DNA from: Vitrella brassicaformis CCMP3155
Taxonomy: Eukaryota; Protista; Chromerida
Length of the DNA stretch: 64,000 bases
Assembly: GCA_001179505.1 (NCBI GenBank)
Contig: CDMY01000677.1
Location: 1-64,000, forward strand
Reading direction: 5' to 3'
A program made the position numbers and the translations under genes. Under the pieces are notes generated by a model, which was not told where the DNA came from, searched no databases, and saw only the letters and a program-made list of their open reading frames with translations. How positions within the stretch are numbered: the first letter of the stretch is position 1; each line of letters begins with the position of its first letter. Below are positions 36,688-49,000 of the stretch, in pieces.

Positions 36688-37157
36688 CAATCCGGACCGC
36701 GTAAGTGGGTCACCGCATAAGCGGGTCAGTTGCGTATGTGGGTCAGCCCATCCCGATCACTCTGTACACAGTCAAAAACGGACCGGATAACCGGGTCACC
36801 TCCCAAAGAGACTCAAATCAGCCATCCAAACCAACCATTTATGGCTCAAAATGACCGCAAGACGATAAAGAACCTCTCTGTGAAAGAGCGGACCGATGAA
36901 AGTGTGATCCCATCGAGAAATACAGACATTTTGATTGTCATCTTCTGAGATGATCGACGGATTTCGTAAATTTGAGTGACTTTGAGCGAGAAAAAAAGAG
37001 TCAATGGGCTTCTGAGAGGCTCCTGTGATTCATTCACAGCGAGATATCACTCCAAAAGTCGCTGGAAAACAAGTGGGTCAGCTCTGCAGTACGTAGAAGC
37101 GGGTCAAACGCGTAAGTGGGCCAGCCCTGTACCGACCCACTTACGCGGTCCGGACTG
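36688..37157. mobile_element. Non-autonomous Tc1/mariner-type MITE (470 bp) with 24-bp TIRs and TA target duplication
   Basis: Left end TA|CAATCCGGACCGCGTAAGTGGGTC; right end GACCCACTTACGCGGTCCGGACTG|TA (one mismatch). The interior is AT-rich and non-coding. Confidence 0.9.
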
Positions 37158-37851
37158 TACGTAAGTCACCGATGAATTCAACGCGGGTCTGCAGCAATGC
37201 ATGCCACGATTCAACGACGAACGGACGTCGACAAAGCGCTACCCCACAAGTCGTGTGAGAGGCTTTTGTGATTGGGAAATGCACGCACACAGAGCATACA
37301 GAACCATGCGATGGATGGACAGCGGGATACTATGGGTGGGAGCTGTGTTTTCGGACTGATGCGTTGTGTCAGGCGTGCATCCCTTGTGTGTGGTCGGGCG
37401 GGTAAAGCCAGAGGCCAACGTCACGGAAAGGAGAAAACGTGGGGGCGCGATTCTCGCCGACGCAATTTGCGAGACGGCCCATTGTTCATTAATTTTGTTT
37501 TCGTGTTTTTCGAAATAAACTTTCCCGCCATCCTCATTCCTTTCGCTCCATCCGCATTGGCGGGCCTGACCACCACAGGATCGAAGGGATTTCTCGCCTC
37601 TGCGTTCTCCTCGCTGTCGGCTTCCTTCACGCCTGAATCGCACGTTGAATCGCTCGCTCATCTGCCTGCCTGGTATGTGCGAGTGTGGTGGAACACGGGA
37701 AGGGACGGAATCTGTGTTGATGCATTGTTGATGTGCTGTTGGTGGCAGGTGGCGTCGTCGGCCTCTTCCGGTCGAAGGCGCCCAGATCAAGGCGCACGGG
37801 TCCGACCCACGGGACTGAGACAATAGCGTCTGCTGGTCTGTTTGGTGTGGC

Positions 37852-38300
37852 ATGCAGGGCTTGTTTGGTGTGTTATCTTCAGCCGACTCTGGCTTTGACG
37901 TCCTAACGACTTTCGAGGCCGAGCAGCACTTCATCACTGAGGCTCTGATCAACCCCAACATCCAGCTGAAACGCTCCGCCCCGGGAGCCGACGCAGCTTG
38001 GCGTCGTCCTGGCCTGCCGCCCCGACACCCGACGCGACGCAGCCTGCCCCGCTTCCCCCTCCCCCGCCATGACTGAATCGAAGTCTTTCAAAGTCCACCC
38101 TCCGGACGGCAGACCTTTTGTGCTCCTTTTCCCAGTGGAGCGCGGGCGCCGTCCGGACGCAGAGGCGCTCCTGCAGCACCTGCAGAGAGACGGGCGCGTC
38201 CTCAGGTCAGTGGAGCATCCGGTTATTGACATAGAGGAGTCCCGTTCTTCAGCCGTCGACTACATCACCAGAATCACCAGTGCGCTCGGCTTACTGACAG

Positions 38301-38331
<31 letters not shown>

Positions 38332-40856
38332 GACGGACAGACGGATGGACGGACGGACAGGCAGGCTTGACGAGGGGTGTGTATATATCATGCTTTCCCT
38401 CGTCTGTCTGTGTGCCAGGACTTCCAGTGGCTGGAGCGGCTCACGTCGGTCATCAAGAACCGAGGCCAACTCATGAGGCCAGCAGGACAGACCACAGAGA
38501 GAGACGTGCACACACACAGGCGATCACTTCTTCTGTTTCTCTCTGTGCGTGCCGTCCTTTCGCTCCTTCAGCCTTCTGTGCAACCTAAAGGTGCTGGAGC
38601 TGATGAATTTCCCCGCGAAGCCGGCTGTCCCCGGACGAAGCCTGGCCGACGAGCTGACGGCATCGCTGAAGCGGTCGTTCAAGACCCTCCTGCTGCAAAT
38701 GCCCGAGCTGCCCCCCGCGCCGACTACACCCGTCAAAGCCGGGCAGTACTGGTGTGACGACGACACCTACATCTCCCGCGGACGCGGCTACCTGGTCGGC
38801 ATCTGCCGGCTCTTCGAAGACCTGCTCCTGTCGTCCGTGGTGGTCCCCATGGACCCCAACAAACTCGGTCAGTCAGCTGAGCAACCCAGGGGCGATCATG
38901 CGACTGCCTGTCGGTTCCTCTGTGTAGCTTGCTGCACACACGATGGGATGGAGACGGAGGAGGACAGCTGTGAGAGTGGGCACGCGGCTGCTGCTGCTGG
39001 TCTGACCTGCCCCACTCCGGGCAGCCCATCAAAGGAGGAGTCGCCGAGAAATCTCGCGGCGCTGCTGAGCGACTACATGGACGAGGAGGTCCCCGAAGGT
39101 CAGAACGGTCCGATCAAAATCGCTTCTGGCCTGAGAATGGAAAACCGGCGGGGCGGTAGGCCGTCTCAGCAAAGGCTCGACAGACAACCAAAGAGCAGAA
39201 AGGACACACTTGCCTGTTCTCCTGTTTGCCTGTGGCCATTCAGAGCCGTATGGCGATGTCATGCGTGATCTGCTGGGGCGGGCCGTGGGACGGGTGAGGA
39301 CAACACGCACGAAAAGACAAGCCTCTACTACGGTAGGCCTTGAGTCAATGTGCGTTTGTGTGTGTGCACAACACCTGATGGACGCGCTGTTGTGTTCGTG
39401 GTCTCGTGTGTGATCGATCAATCAGCTGCCCCCTACGGCTACCCCGATGCGGGCTACTTCCACCGGGCCACGCGTAAGCCACACACAGCATTTATGAATG
39501 GCGGGGATGTGGGCGACTGAGTGGCTGACTCTTGTATCTTCCCCCATTCCTTGTGTGCGCAGAGGAGCTGCGCGCCCGTGGCATCATTCCGACGGCGTTG
39601 GAGCAGACACTGCTGGATGGCGACCCCACGCCCTTGGGTACCAAAGACTACGCCAACCCGCATAAGTGACTACCTCACCTCACGCACGCGCACACATTTC
39701 CGCGCAAGATGATGCACATGGGTATTGATGGATGTGCGTGCAGCGTCCAAGGGACGCCTGCTCAGATGCCCACGTGGCGTACGACACAAACCACCGTGGC
39801 GGTCCGCAAGACGGCAGTCGAGACGTCCCTCAAACTGGCCGCCATCGGCGACCGCCAGCCGACACAAGGCGACATGCATGACACGGCGACCGCCATGATG
39901 GAGGCCTTCCCTCTGCTCGACATCGGTGAGCGAGGCGCATGTATTTCTAGGTGCGTGTAGGAGAGCGTGTGTCTGTTGCATGCAGGGCGTCGGGCTGCAG
40001 CGCTGCACATTCTCGAGACCGACTTCACCAACACTCTTCGCCAGCTGCAGGGCTCAGTGCCGGTGTTGTTTGAAAGCACCGAACTCAACACACAGGCAAG
40101 CACGCCAACAGGATGCCGGTGAGGGTCTGAAGAGAGCGGCGATCGAGGTGGTTGGCCGTGGCAGTGCGGTTGCTGAGACCATCCCACTGTCTGCCCCCAC
40201 AGAAGAGGTCATGGTGGGTTGAGACATGTACACACACACAGGTGCACACCAATTCGCATGTCTCCATGTGTTCCATGTGTGTGTCAGATGGCTGCCTACA
40301 TTTTATATTCTGTGGCTTTATGCATCCATCTCGCCGCTTCGCTGTGTCGCTCATCAGCCCGGCCGCCAGGAGCGGCGGGCCCGTCTGTCTCCGCCGTCAG
40401 GAACCCACCGCCACATGGACATGGACGCGACAGCGGCACGTGGATTTTGAGGACGGCGACGACCAGCCATGGACGCAGGCAGAGCGGGAGGCCTTGGTTC
40501 GCCTGTTTGTGAAGGTGGGCGACATCGCAGGCGAATTCCTGACGGCCTTCCCCACACGCGGCGTCACAGCCATCGACACTTACCTCAAGGGCGAGGTCCG
40601 CGAAATGGTCAAGGTGCGGCGAGAGCAAGGCGAGACCCTCCTGGAGGCGGCCAAGCGATACGTCGCCCGGCTGGATTGGCTGGAGGCCAAGACGCGACAG
40701 ACGCCAGCAATGCCCAAGGAGTCCATCGAGATCAAGAAGGTCATCAAGGATGAGGGCGATGAGGGCCACGAGGATGGCGCACGGGAGTCCTCGCCTGCTG
40801 CTGCGGCTGCGGCATGCCCCATGGTCACAGACACAACAGACCTGCGTGAGGCGTAG
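37852..40856 (+). CDS. Fragmented hypothetical gene(s) ending in a SANT/Myb-like exon; possibly a pseudogene
   Basis: Protein-like exons (38069-38290, 38580-38866, 39690-39925) and PWTQAEREALVRLFVKVGDIAGEFLTAFPTRGVTAIDTY (Myb-repeat spacing). A continuous frame could not be established. Confidence 0.45.
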
Positions 40857-41147
40857 ATATCTAGAGCAGACAGATAGGCAGACAGACAGATGTGGCGGGT
40901 GTCAGTGAGGGCAGACAGGAGGTTTACAGCGGGGCGATGAGGGTATTCGCCGTAGTGTGAAATTGCCTGTGTGTTGGCTGCTTTTCACTGTCACATCTCT
41001 GTGCGGCTGGCTGGCTGTGCATGGATGTCGTCGGCGTGTTGTTTTGCTTTTGCCGGTCGTCTGCGAGTTTGACAGCGGCAGAAGGCGGCTGTCTCTCTGT
41101 GCGCTTGTCTTTGGTCTGTTTGGCTGTGTATGTATCTTTGGTTCAGG

Positions 41148-42936
41148 AGGCTCGGCTGGAGGCGAGGCTGCTGAAGAAGGCCCAGCACGACAACATACGA
41201 GACGGAGAGCTTTTTCTATATCGGTACACAGCAGACTATCACACACAACGAGCTTGACGATCCATCTCCTCTTTCGTCATGTCCTTTCTTTCCTTGACTC
41301 TTTTAGTGATGGACCGTTACATTGCGGTCCTTGAGCAGCAGCTGAAGGCCTTCACCTACAGCGCCAGGGGGGGGTTGGCGGCAATCTACTTCGCGCCTGC
41401 TGCCGCCCAAATCCTCCTCGCCGTCGACCACCTCCACAAGCAAGAAATCTGCCACAAGTACACAGAATGACTGATGCGATGAAGACGTGTTTGCGCATAG
41501 TTATGGTCTGTCTGTTGTCTCTGTTCGGTGTCCTGTATGTCAGCGACATCAAGCCGCTGAACTTCTTTATTGGAGACGACGAGCGGCTTGTGTTGGCGGA
41601 TTTCGGGTGTGCTATGGAGGCCGGCGACTGTTTCTTTAGGGGTCTGAGGGGAGGGTAAGCCGTGTCCACTTGATGGATTTATCTTTCTGTTCATATGTGT
41701 CCTTTTGTGCCTTCTGCAGGGGTGGGACACTGGCATATTCGGCCCCTGAGAGCCTGCGGCCAGTCTACAATTACGGCCTACAGGCCGACATGTGGAGCGT
41801 CGGTTAGCCCACTCACTCAGACACAAACAAACGCTCGGCCGTTTGTATACCTGTGATTGTCTTGTCTGAATGCAGGGGCGACATTACTCCAGATGGCAAC
41901 CAAGCGGCTGCCCTTTTCTGGTCAGTGAGATGCGCAGAGCGCCTCTCACTTGGATATTTGTCATGCGCCTGCTTGTGTGGTGGTTGTCATTTCGTGCAGG
42001 GGCAAACGAGGAGGAGCTCAAGGAGAACGTCTCGAGCTTCAACCTGGACTGGTGGGCCATGAGAGTGCTGGAGTCGATGTGTGCGCCGGAGCTTCAGGAC
42101 TTGATCACGAAACTACTCGTCAAGGGTAAGTGCATAAGACCGAACTCACTTTGTGTGTCTCCATCTCTTTCTTGCTGTATGTCTGTCTTTCTTGGCTCTG
42201 TGGACCTCTTTTGTCTGCACATGCAGAGCCCGAGCAGCGGCTGACGGCGGCACAAGCCCTCCAGCACCCGTTCGTCGCCGACGTCCTCAGGGCCATCCCC
42301 TGGGCCCACCAACGTCCGGACAAGCCTTCTCAACGGGTGACTGAGAGAATTGATTGATGCGGGTCTCTGTCTGCATTGAACGATCTGCTGTCTGTTTGTT
42401 TGTATGTTTATCTGCCTTAAGCCAAAGGAGAGGGGGGAGTGGGTCAAGTACCCCGGCAAGGCCGCCATCCCGCCCCTCGACGACCTGCGAAGACGGGAGC
42501 AGAGCACCTGGCGGCGGAACTGGGCGGGCGGCAGCATCAGAGATGCAGCCCCTCGGGTCGACACCGGCCTCCACGACAGACAGCCCCCTCGCCGCAAGAC
42601 CGCCCCACGAGCCGCCTCTTATTTGCGGAAGCGGGAGTTGATCAGAAGAGGTCATGGTGGGTTGAGACATGTACACACACGGGTGCACAACAATTCGCAT
42701 GTCTCCATGTGTTCCATGTGTGTGTCAGATGGCTGCCTACATTTTATATTCCAAGGCTCTTACCTTCTCGTCTCAACGTAGGCACCAAGGCAGCCAGCGG
42801 AAGATGGCCTCACTTGCGCAAGATGTGCGCCATCCCCACGCACATCAACGGCACCGACGTCTCTGAGGCCGCCAGCTGCTGCCGCATTCCTGTGATACGG
42901 AAGCAGGTCAAGGAGGACAAGAGGTGGCGGCTCTAG
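41148..42936 (+). CDS. Ser/Thr protein kinase, non-RD (subdomains III-XI clear; Gly-loop/VAIK exon degenerate or unclear)
   Basis: EARLLKKAQHDNI, HLHKQEICH|NDIKPLN, LADFG, GTLAYSAPE, ADMWSVG and EPEQRLTAAQALQHPF. The splice chain stays in frame to TAG at 42936. Confidence 0.85.
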
Positions 42937-43559
42937 GACCGGTACGAGATGGTCGTGCACAACATCATGACACACCTGGCCATCTCACGCCTGGCGCAGC
43001 CACCCTCCCCACCTGACCCGCTCACCACCACGGCCGCCGAGCAGCAGCAGCAGCACGCCCACGCCGGCGTCATGGACGACAACACCGCCGGGTTCTTCAG
43101 GGAGCTGGCGGCGATCATGGTGCGGCCCGGCGGCCACGGGCAACCCGTTCTTCGCCACACCTACAGTCTGTAACATTTCGGAGGTAAGCACACGAGCGAT
43201 ACCGGCAGAGACGCTAAAATGTGATGGCCTGTGTGTATCAGGTGCCCAACGACGCCTCAACTGGGGAAGGGGGACGATCCGCTGGGATTCGTGAAATCCG
43301 AAGAGATTGCTGCCTACATTTTATATTTGTCGGATGGCTTTGCTTCAAACGCCCCGCTTCACATCGTTTCTCATCCCATCAATGTGAGCACAATCAGAGA
43401 GAGTGGCAGCCTCAAGAGTCAGGGGGCGGCATGCTGTCGTCTGTAGACACAGGACCTCCAAGACAGAAGCAGAATCTCCCAGGTCAGCTGTGGGACGCGC
43501 TATCCACAGCCGTCTTCCGTGTATGTGTGTATGTGTCTCCCTTTCTGTCCGTCCGTGTA

Positions 43560-45100
43560 TGTCTTCAGCCGATGATGCGGCACAGGCCTAGTTCCTCTTC
43601 ACACGCCATTTCTCGCCTGCGGGAATGGGCAGCGGCTGGGAAACGACGACACGACCACGGCCATCGAGGTGTGCGAGGCCGACGAAGTCCTGCCGCCCGA
43701 CCATGCGGTGATAATGCCCCTGTTCCCCCCCGACCCCCCCACCAGCAACTCGGTGCTGCCGCTGCTCGATCAGCGCAAGCCGCTGCTGATGCAGCAGCAC
43801 AACCTCCACACCGAGGAGGAGTGGGCGGCGTGGCGGGCCGAGAAGGCCAACAAGTCGGGGCTGTACTTCGGCGACACGGGGGACGTGTGCAGGGCGCTGC
43901 AGGTAGTGGGGGTGGAGGGAGTGGAGCAAAAGGTGGCGCGAGTGGTGATGATTAAGGACATGTTTGACAAGTTCATGATGATGCGTGAGGTGAGTCACGC
44001 ACATTCATGAGAGGGGAGATGACAGACTGAGGGAGATGCGCTCATCTGTCTTGTCTCTGCGTCGGTGTGTGTGCAGACGAGGGTGCCGGTGGTGGATAGC
44101 GAGTATCGCAGCGCCCTCTCCAGCGCCACAGCCGAGGAGGACATCCTGGCGGCCGGGATGGAGCGGGCCAGGGGCGACAGCAGCGGTGCAACATTCTTGT
44201 GTGGGGACCTCACGCCATCCAACGCCCTGGTCGCCATCAGCAGATACGAGCTGCAGCTCAAGGCCGGGGGCACGGGTCGCTTCGTGCTACCGAGTGTGGT
44301 TTTCATCGACCCCAGCGGCACCTCTCGCGGCACGATCTCGGCCCTCTCCGGCAAGACCAGCTACGAGACCCTCGAGAACAAGCTGCTGGCCGAGCTGCCG
44401 AAGAAGCTGTCTGAGGGCGTCGACTGGGGGGACGTGGCGGGCTCTGGGCTGCTCGAGTACGGCGGCGCTGACGGCGGGGAGGACTTCGATAGCGGGGGCG
44501 TCGATAGCGGGGAGGACTTCTGGTCGGCCACCAAGTCGGCCATGGATGCCCTCCACCCGCCCGGCGTGTACGTCTCGAAGAGCCTGCCCCCTCCCAGGCA
44601 TCGACGTCGACAAGACGGCCTACCTCTACGCCAGGTCCTGGTACCCCAAGGACCGGCCCAAGCAGCAGTCGAAGGACCTGCAGCGCATGAAGAAGCTGGG
44701 CAAGGCGACGGAGTACGAGCGCATCTACAAGGAGGAGCTCCTCAAGGCCAAGTGGCCCGAAACGCTCCTCCTGTGCGCCAAGGGGATCGACAGCCTGGCT
44801 GCCTGCCATGCCAAGGCTGACGAGATCCTCGGCACACTGCGCGACCGCCACGTGCAGTCATCCTTGGTCGACCTGGTGGAGGGGTGGCGGAAGGAGGGCG
44901 TGCAGGTGGAGAGACTGGTGGGGATGGTGAGCGACAAGATCATAAGCCTGCTGCAGGCCGCCACAGCCATCATCTACACCCACACCAGTGCGAGGGCCGA
45001 CGAGAGGGGCGAGGAGGTGCGGGCACAGAGGGTCAGCCACCAGCTGCTGGGAGAGCTGCTGCGGGGGTGTGAGGCCGTGCCCTTTATCCTGCCCCCCTGA
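43560..45100 (+). pseudogene. Hypothetical protein gene with an apparent frameshift near 44585-44597
   Basis: Protein-like text in ORF 44065..44820 switches to ORF 44036..45100 (PGIDVDKTAYLY) at a C-rich run. No phase-compatible GT-AG intron was found there. Confidence 0.55.
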
Positions 45101-45332
45101 CCAACCCCCCCTCGCCCCGCACTCTAAGAGCGCCGCACGCCCGTGCGAGGCGGAGACACACAGCCGCTTGCCCGCAAAGAAAGGTATGGGTAGACCTAAG
45201 GCTGCACACGATGTATGCAATTCAGCCAGACACGTACAGATTCGCATGTTTCTGTCATTCCGTGTGTGTGTCAGATTGCTGCCTACATTTTATATTCCGA
45301 GAGTCTCATATGCCCATCTCAACGTGCAGGTG

Positions 45333-45556
45333 GAGAGCGTGCAGGTGGAGACAGTGGTGAAGATGGTGAACGAGAGAAAGATCAGCCTGCTCGCGGCCGC
45401 CACAGCCACCATCTTCGTGCAAACCAGCGTCAGGCCGAAAGAGAGGGGTGAGGGAGGGCGGATGCCCTTGATCAGCGACCAGCTGGGGAGCTGCTGCGGG
45501 GGTGCGATGCCGTGCCCTTTATCCTGCCCCCCTGCCCAACCCCCCCTCGCCCGCAC
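45333..45556 (+). pseudogene. Diverged, frameshifted duplicate of 44894-45122
   Basis: VQVETVVKMVNERKISLLAAATATIF vs VQVERLVGMVSDKIISLLQAATAIIY; shared gccgtgccctttatcctgcccccctg. Confidence 0.8.
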
Positions 45557-46089
45557 CCAGCAGTCGAGTCTGACGGGGATGGCCACACTCTCGTCATCGC
45601 CGCCGCCAACACAGCAGCAGCCATGCCGCAGCAAACAGACATCATCTCTGTGCAAGACGAGATAGGGGTCCCCGAGCAGCAGCCATCGGATGGTGAAGAG
45701 GGTGAGGACACTCCCAGGGTCAGCGGTGACGCGATGCCATGCTCGACGGGGTGGTATCTCTGAGTGCGTGCCTCTGTGTGTGTCAGATGGCTGCCTACAT
45801 TTTGTATTCGGAAGCCTCTTTTGTTTGTCGCCACCATGTCCGCTCGTCTACTGCTGCCTGCATCTCATATGATTGACAGTAGCAGATCGGTCGACTGTTA
45901 TGGGCTTTCTGCTTGTTTGCGATGACTTACGTTACGATCGAGTGCAGAGAACATATGGACGGACCATTGATTCCATCATTGACATTGATGCGCCTCATGG
46001 AGAAGCGCACGCAACCGTCGATTCACACATATACAACAAATACACCACGCCGTGTCTCTCACGCACACGCCACACACCGCACACCCTCG

Positions 46090-49000
46090 CTATCTTTTGA
46101 CATCCTGCTGGTTCCCCTCCTCCCCGCCCCCCTCCCCTACCAGCGTATCGACCGGAGCCAACCTTGGCTTCCCCCTCCCCCCACCCTTGTCCCGCCTTGG
46201 CTTTGCCCCTTGGCTTTTGCTGCGCTCCAGATCGGCGTATGCCTCGTCAAGCAGCGAGTCGAGAGACCCACTTCTCAATTCGAAGAGGGGGGAGGGGGTT
46301 GGGGCCTTCTCGTAGTCATCGTGCCCATCTGGAGTGCTGTCAGGAGGGGGAGGGATGGCCGTCACGATGATGGACCGCTTCCCTGGGGCTAGGTCATCCA
46401 CCCACACACGCACCTCCTGCACCACGGACAACACCCCCAGGCAGACAACTGGAGTGTGCACCGATGGTGTGCGTCTCTCCCTGTCTGCCGGTAGTCGACT
46501 TACCTGTCCCTCTTTGAAGTAATCGCGCACATTGGGGACGTACTCATTTGCGATCTTCCCAATCGGAAGAAGCCCAGCGCGGTCGGCGCCCGGCAGCTTC
46601 AAGATGGCATGCTTCGGGAAAATGCGGTCGACCATCGCGCCCTTGACCTCATCGCCCACCTTGTAGTCGATGCGGATCGGGGCCTGCCTCGCGCCGGCCC
46701 CCTTCTTTGTCTGCAGCTCGCTGAGGAGCTTCTGAATCTCTTCCTCGCTCCCCTGAGCTTGCTCGAGCAAGGCACCCGTCTCCTCACGAGCAGTGACGCG
46801 CAGCCGGCCATTTTCTTGCACTTCTTTCACCCACACAGTCAGGTTCTGCACACACACACACACACACACACGCATACACACACAGAGGTTGCAGATTGAT
46901 GATGGCGGCATTCTGTGTGTCATGCCGATATCTAATACGTACGTTGCCGACGGGGTACACTGCCCCCAGGTTGGGAACGAAGCTGTCCCCCTCGGGCGTC
47001 TCGGACACATGCAGAAATCCCTCCCGGAACTCATTCAGCTTGACAATGACAAAGGCCGGGGCCACCTGGACCACCTGGGCGTTGTCGAATCGCGTGCCGA
47101 GGGGGATGGGCGTTTCATCGGTGATGCCCTTTATGTACTCGAGGACTTCCCGGCCCTTGCGGGGGTCCTCTGCGAGGATCTGCACCAGCCCGTCGTCGCT
47201 GACGGTGATCTTGACGCTGTAGTCTTCCTCCAGCTGACGCACACGCTCGCCACCCCTGCCGATGACGTCGCCCATCTGGGAAGGCTTGATCTGAATGACA
47301 GATGACACAGCAGACATGCAACCATGCAGCGACAGCATGTCCACGCTGTGTGTGGTGCACGCTACGGCACCTGGTGGGTGAAGATCTGAGGCGCCCATGG
47401 TGACAGTGATGTCCGTGGCTCGGCGATTGTCGCCGACATTTCGTTGAGGATGTGCATGCGGCCCTCCCTTGCCTGCGCGAGGGCCTCCTTGAGCACACTT
47501 CCGTCTATGCCCCCGATCTTGATGTCCATCTGGAGGGCCGTGATGCCCTGAACACACACGCATACACACACACACGCAGAGAGAGAGAGAGATGGCACCT
47601 CTATCGAACACACCCATTGTGACTGCATGCGTAGCATACCTCTGTAGTGCCGGCCACTTTGAAGTCCATGTCGCCCAGGGCGTCCTCAAAGCCCATAATG
47701 TCCGTCAGCACGGCGAACAGGGGGCCGTTGGGGTCCTTGATCAGACCCATGGCCACACCCGCCACAGGCTTCGATAAGGGCACTCCCGCATCCATCAGCG
47801 CCAGGCTAGACGCACAGACCGTCGCCATCGAGCTGACAGAGGGAAAGAGGCGAAAGACGGTTGGAGGGAGGGTCTGGCTGCGTGTGTGTGTGCGAATGGG
47901 TCTTGCCTGGATCCGTCGGATTCGGTGATCTCCGAGACGACTCGGACGGTGTAGGGGAAGGCAAATTCGGACGGCATGAGGGTTTGCAGGGCCCTGCGGG
48001 CCAGCCACCCATGGCCGATATCTCGCCGCTTTGGGCGACCCAGAAAACCTATCTCGTTGACCTGCAGACCGACACACGACATGCCGTGCACAACACATTA
48101 ATGCCACATCGGCGTCATGCCGTTTCTGTGCCGATTCCTTCACCGACCGAGTAGGGAGGGAAGTTGTAGTGCAGGATGAAGGGGAGGCGGTCGGAGCGGA
48201 CATCATCGATCTGCTTGGCGTCACGGTCGCCGCCCAATGTCACCGTCGACAGAGATTGTGTCCCGCCCCTGCACCCATACCACACAGGCACAATGAATGC
48301 CGGCAGTCTGTGTGCATTGCATCATTCCTCCCCTACGCACCTTGTGAAGAGCGCCGATCCGTGCACTCGTGGCAGGAGGCCGACGCTGCAGGCGATGGAC
48401 CGCACTTCCTTCAGGCCGCGTCCATCCACACGCACGCCCTCGGACAGCACGCGCTGCCGCATCCTCTCCTTCACCCTGCTCTCCAGCATGCCCGTGACCA
48501 CATGCATCATCTCGGGGTCGTCACAGGCAGCCCTCAGCTGCGCCTCGGCGTCCTTGGTCAGCTCGGCACGGCCCCCCTTGTCGCCCGTCCGCACAATCGC
48601 ATCGGCCAGATGGTCTATCGTGGCATCCAGCCCCAACGGTAGACGGCGGGATTCCTGGTCGGGAGGAGGGGTCATCTGTGTGAATGCTGTGTTGCGGCCG
48701 GCTTTGTCGGCGAGTTGCTGAATGGCTTCGATTGCCCTCCTGGCCTGCTCATGGCCGTAGAGAATGCCGCCCAGAACCACCTGTGTGGCACGCACCCACA
48801 GCAGAGGAGGGCGGCTTGTGCACGGCCGAGGAGTCATGTCGTGTGCATGTCACCTCTTCGGTGAGCTCGTTGGCTTGTGCCTCCACCATCATGATGGCCT
48901 CAGAAGTGCCTGCAACTGTCAAGTCGAGACCCTGCACACGCATATGAAGGCAGCCGCACACACGTATGTATGCCTAATCGACACGACACACGATCTCTTC

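Larger units (their letters stand above)
40200..45809 (+). repeat. Local family of homologous intron segments (core GTGTCAGAT(G/T)GCTGCCTACATTTT(A/G)TATT) x5
   Basis: Cores at 40281-40310, 42722-42751, 43304-43328, 45268-45297 and 45780-45809. Longer match 40200-40310 vs 42643-42751. Confidence 0.9.

Noticed and set aside
37421-37670. Minus-strand fragment ADERAIQRAIQA/VKEADSEE resembling a frameshifted UIM, next to the MITE
   Set aside because: Too short, and no supportable gene model or transposase motif; possibly a pseudogene scrap.
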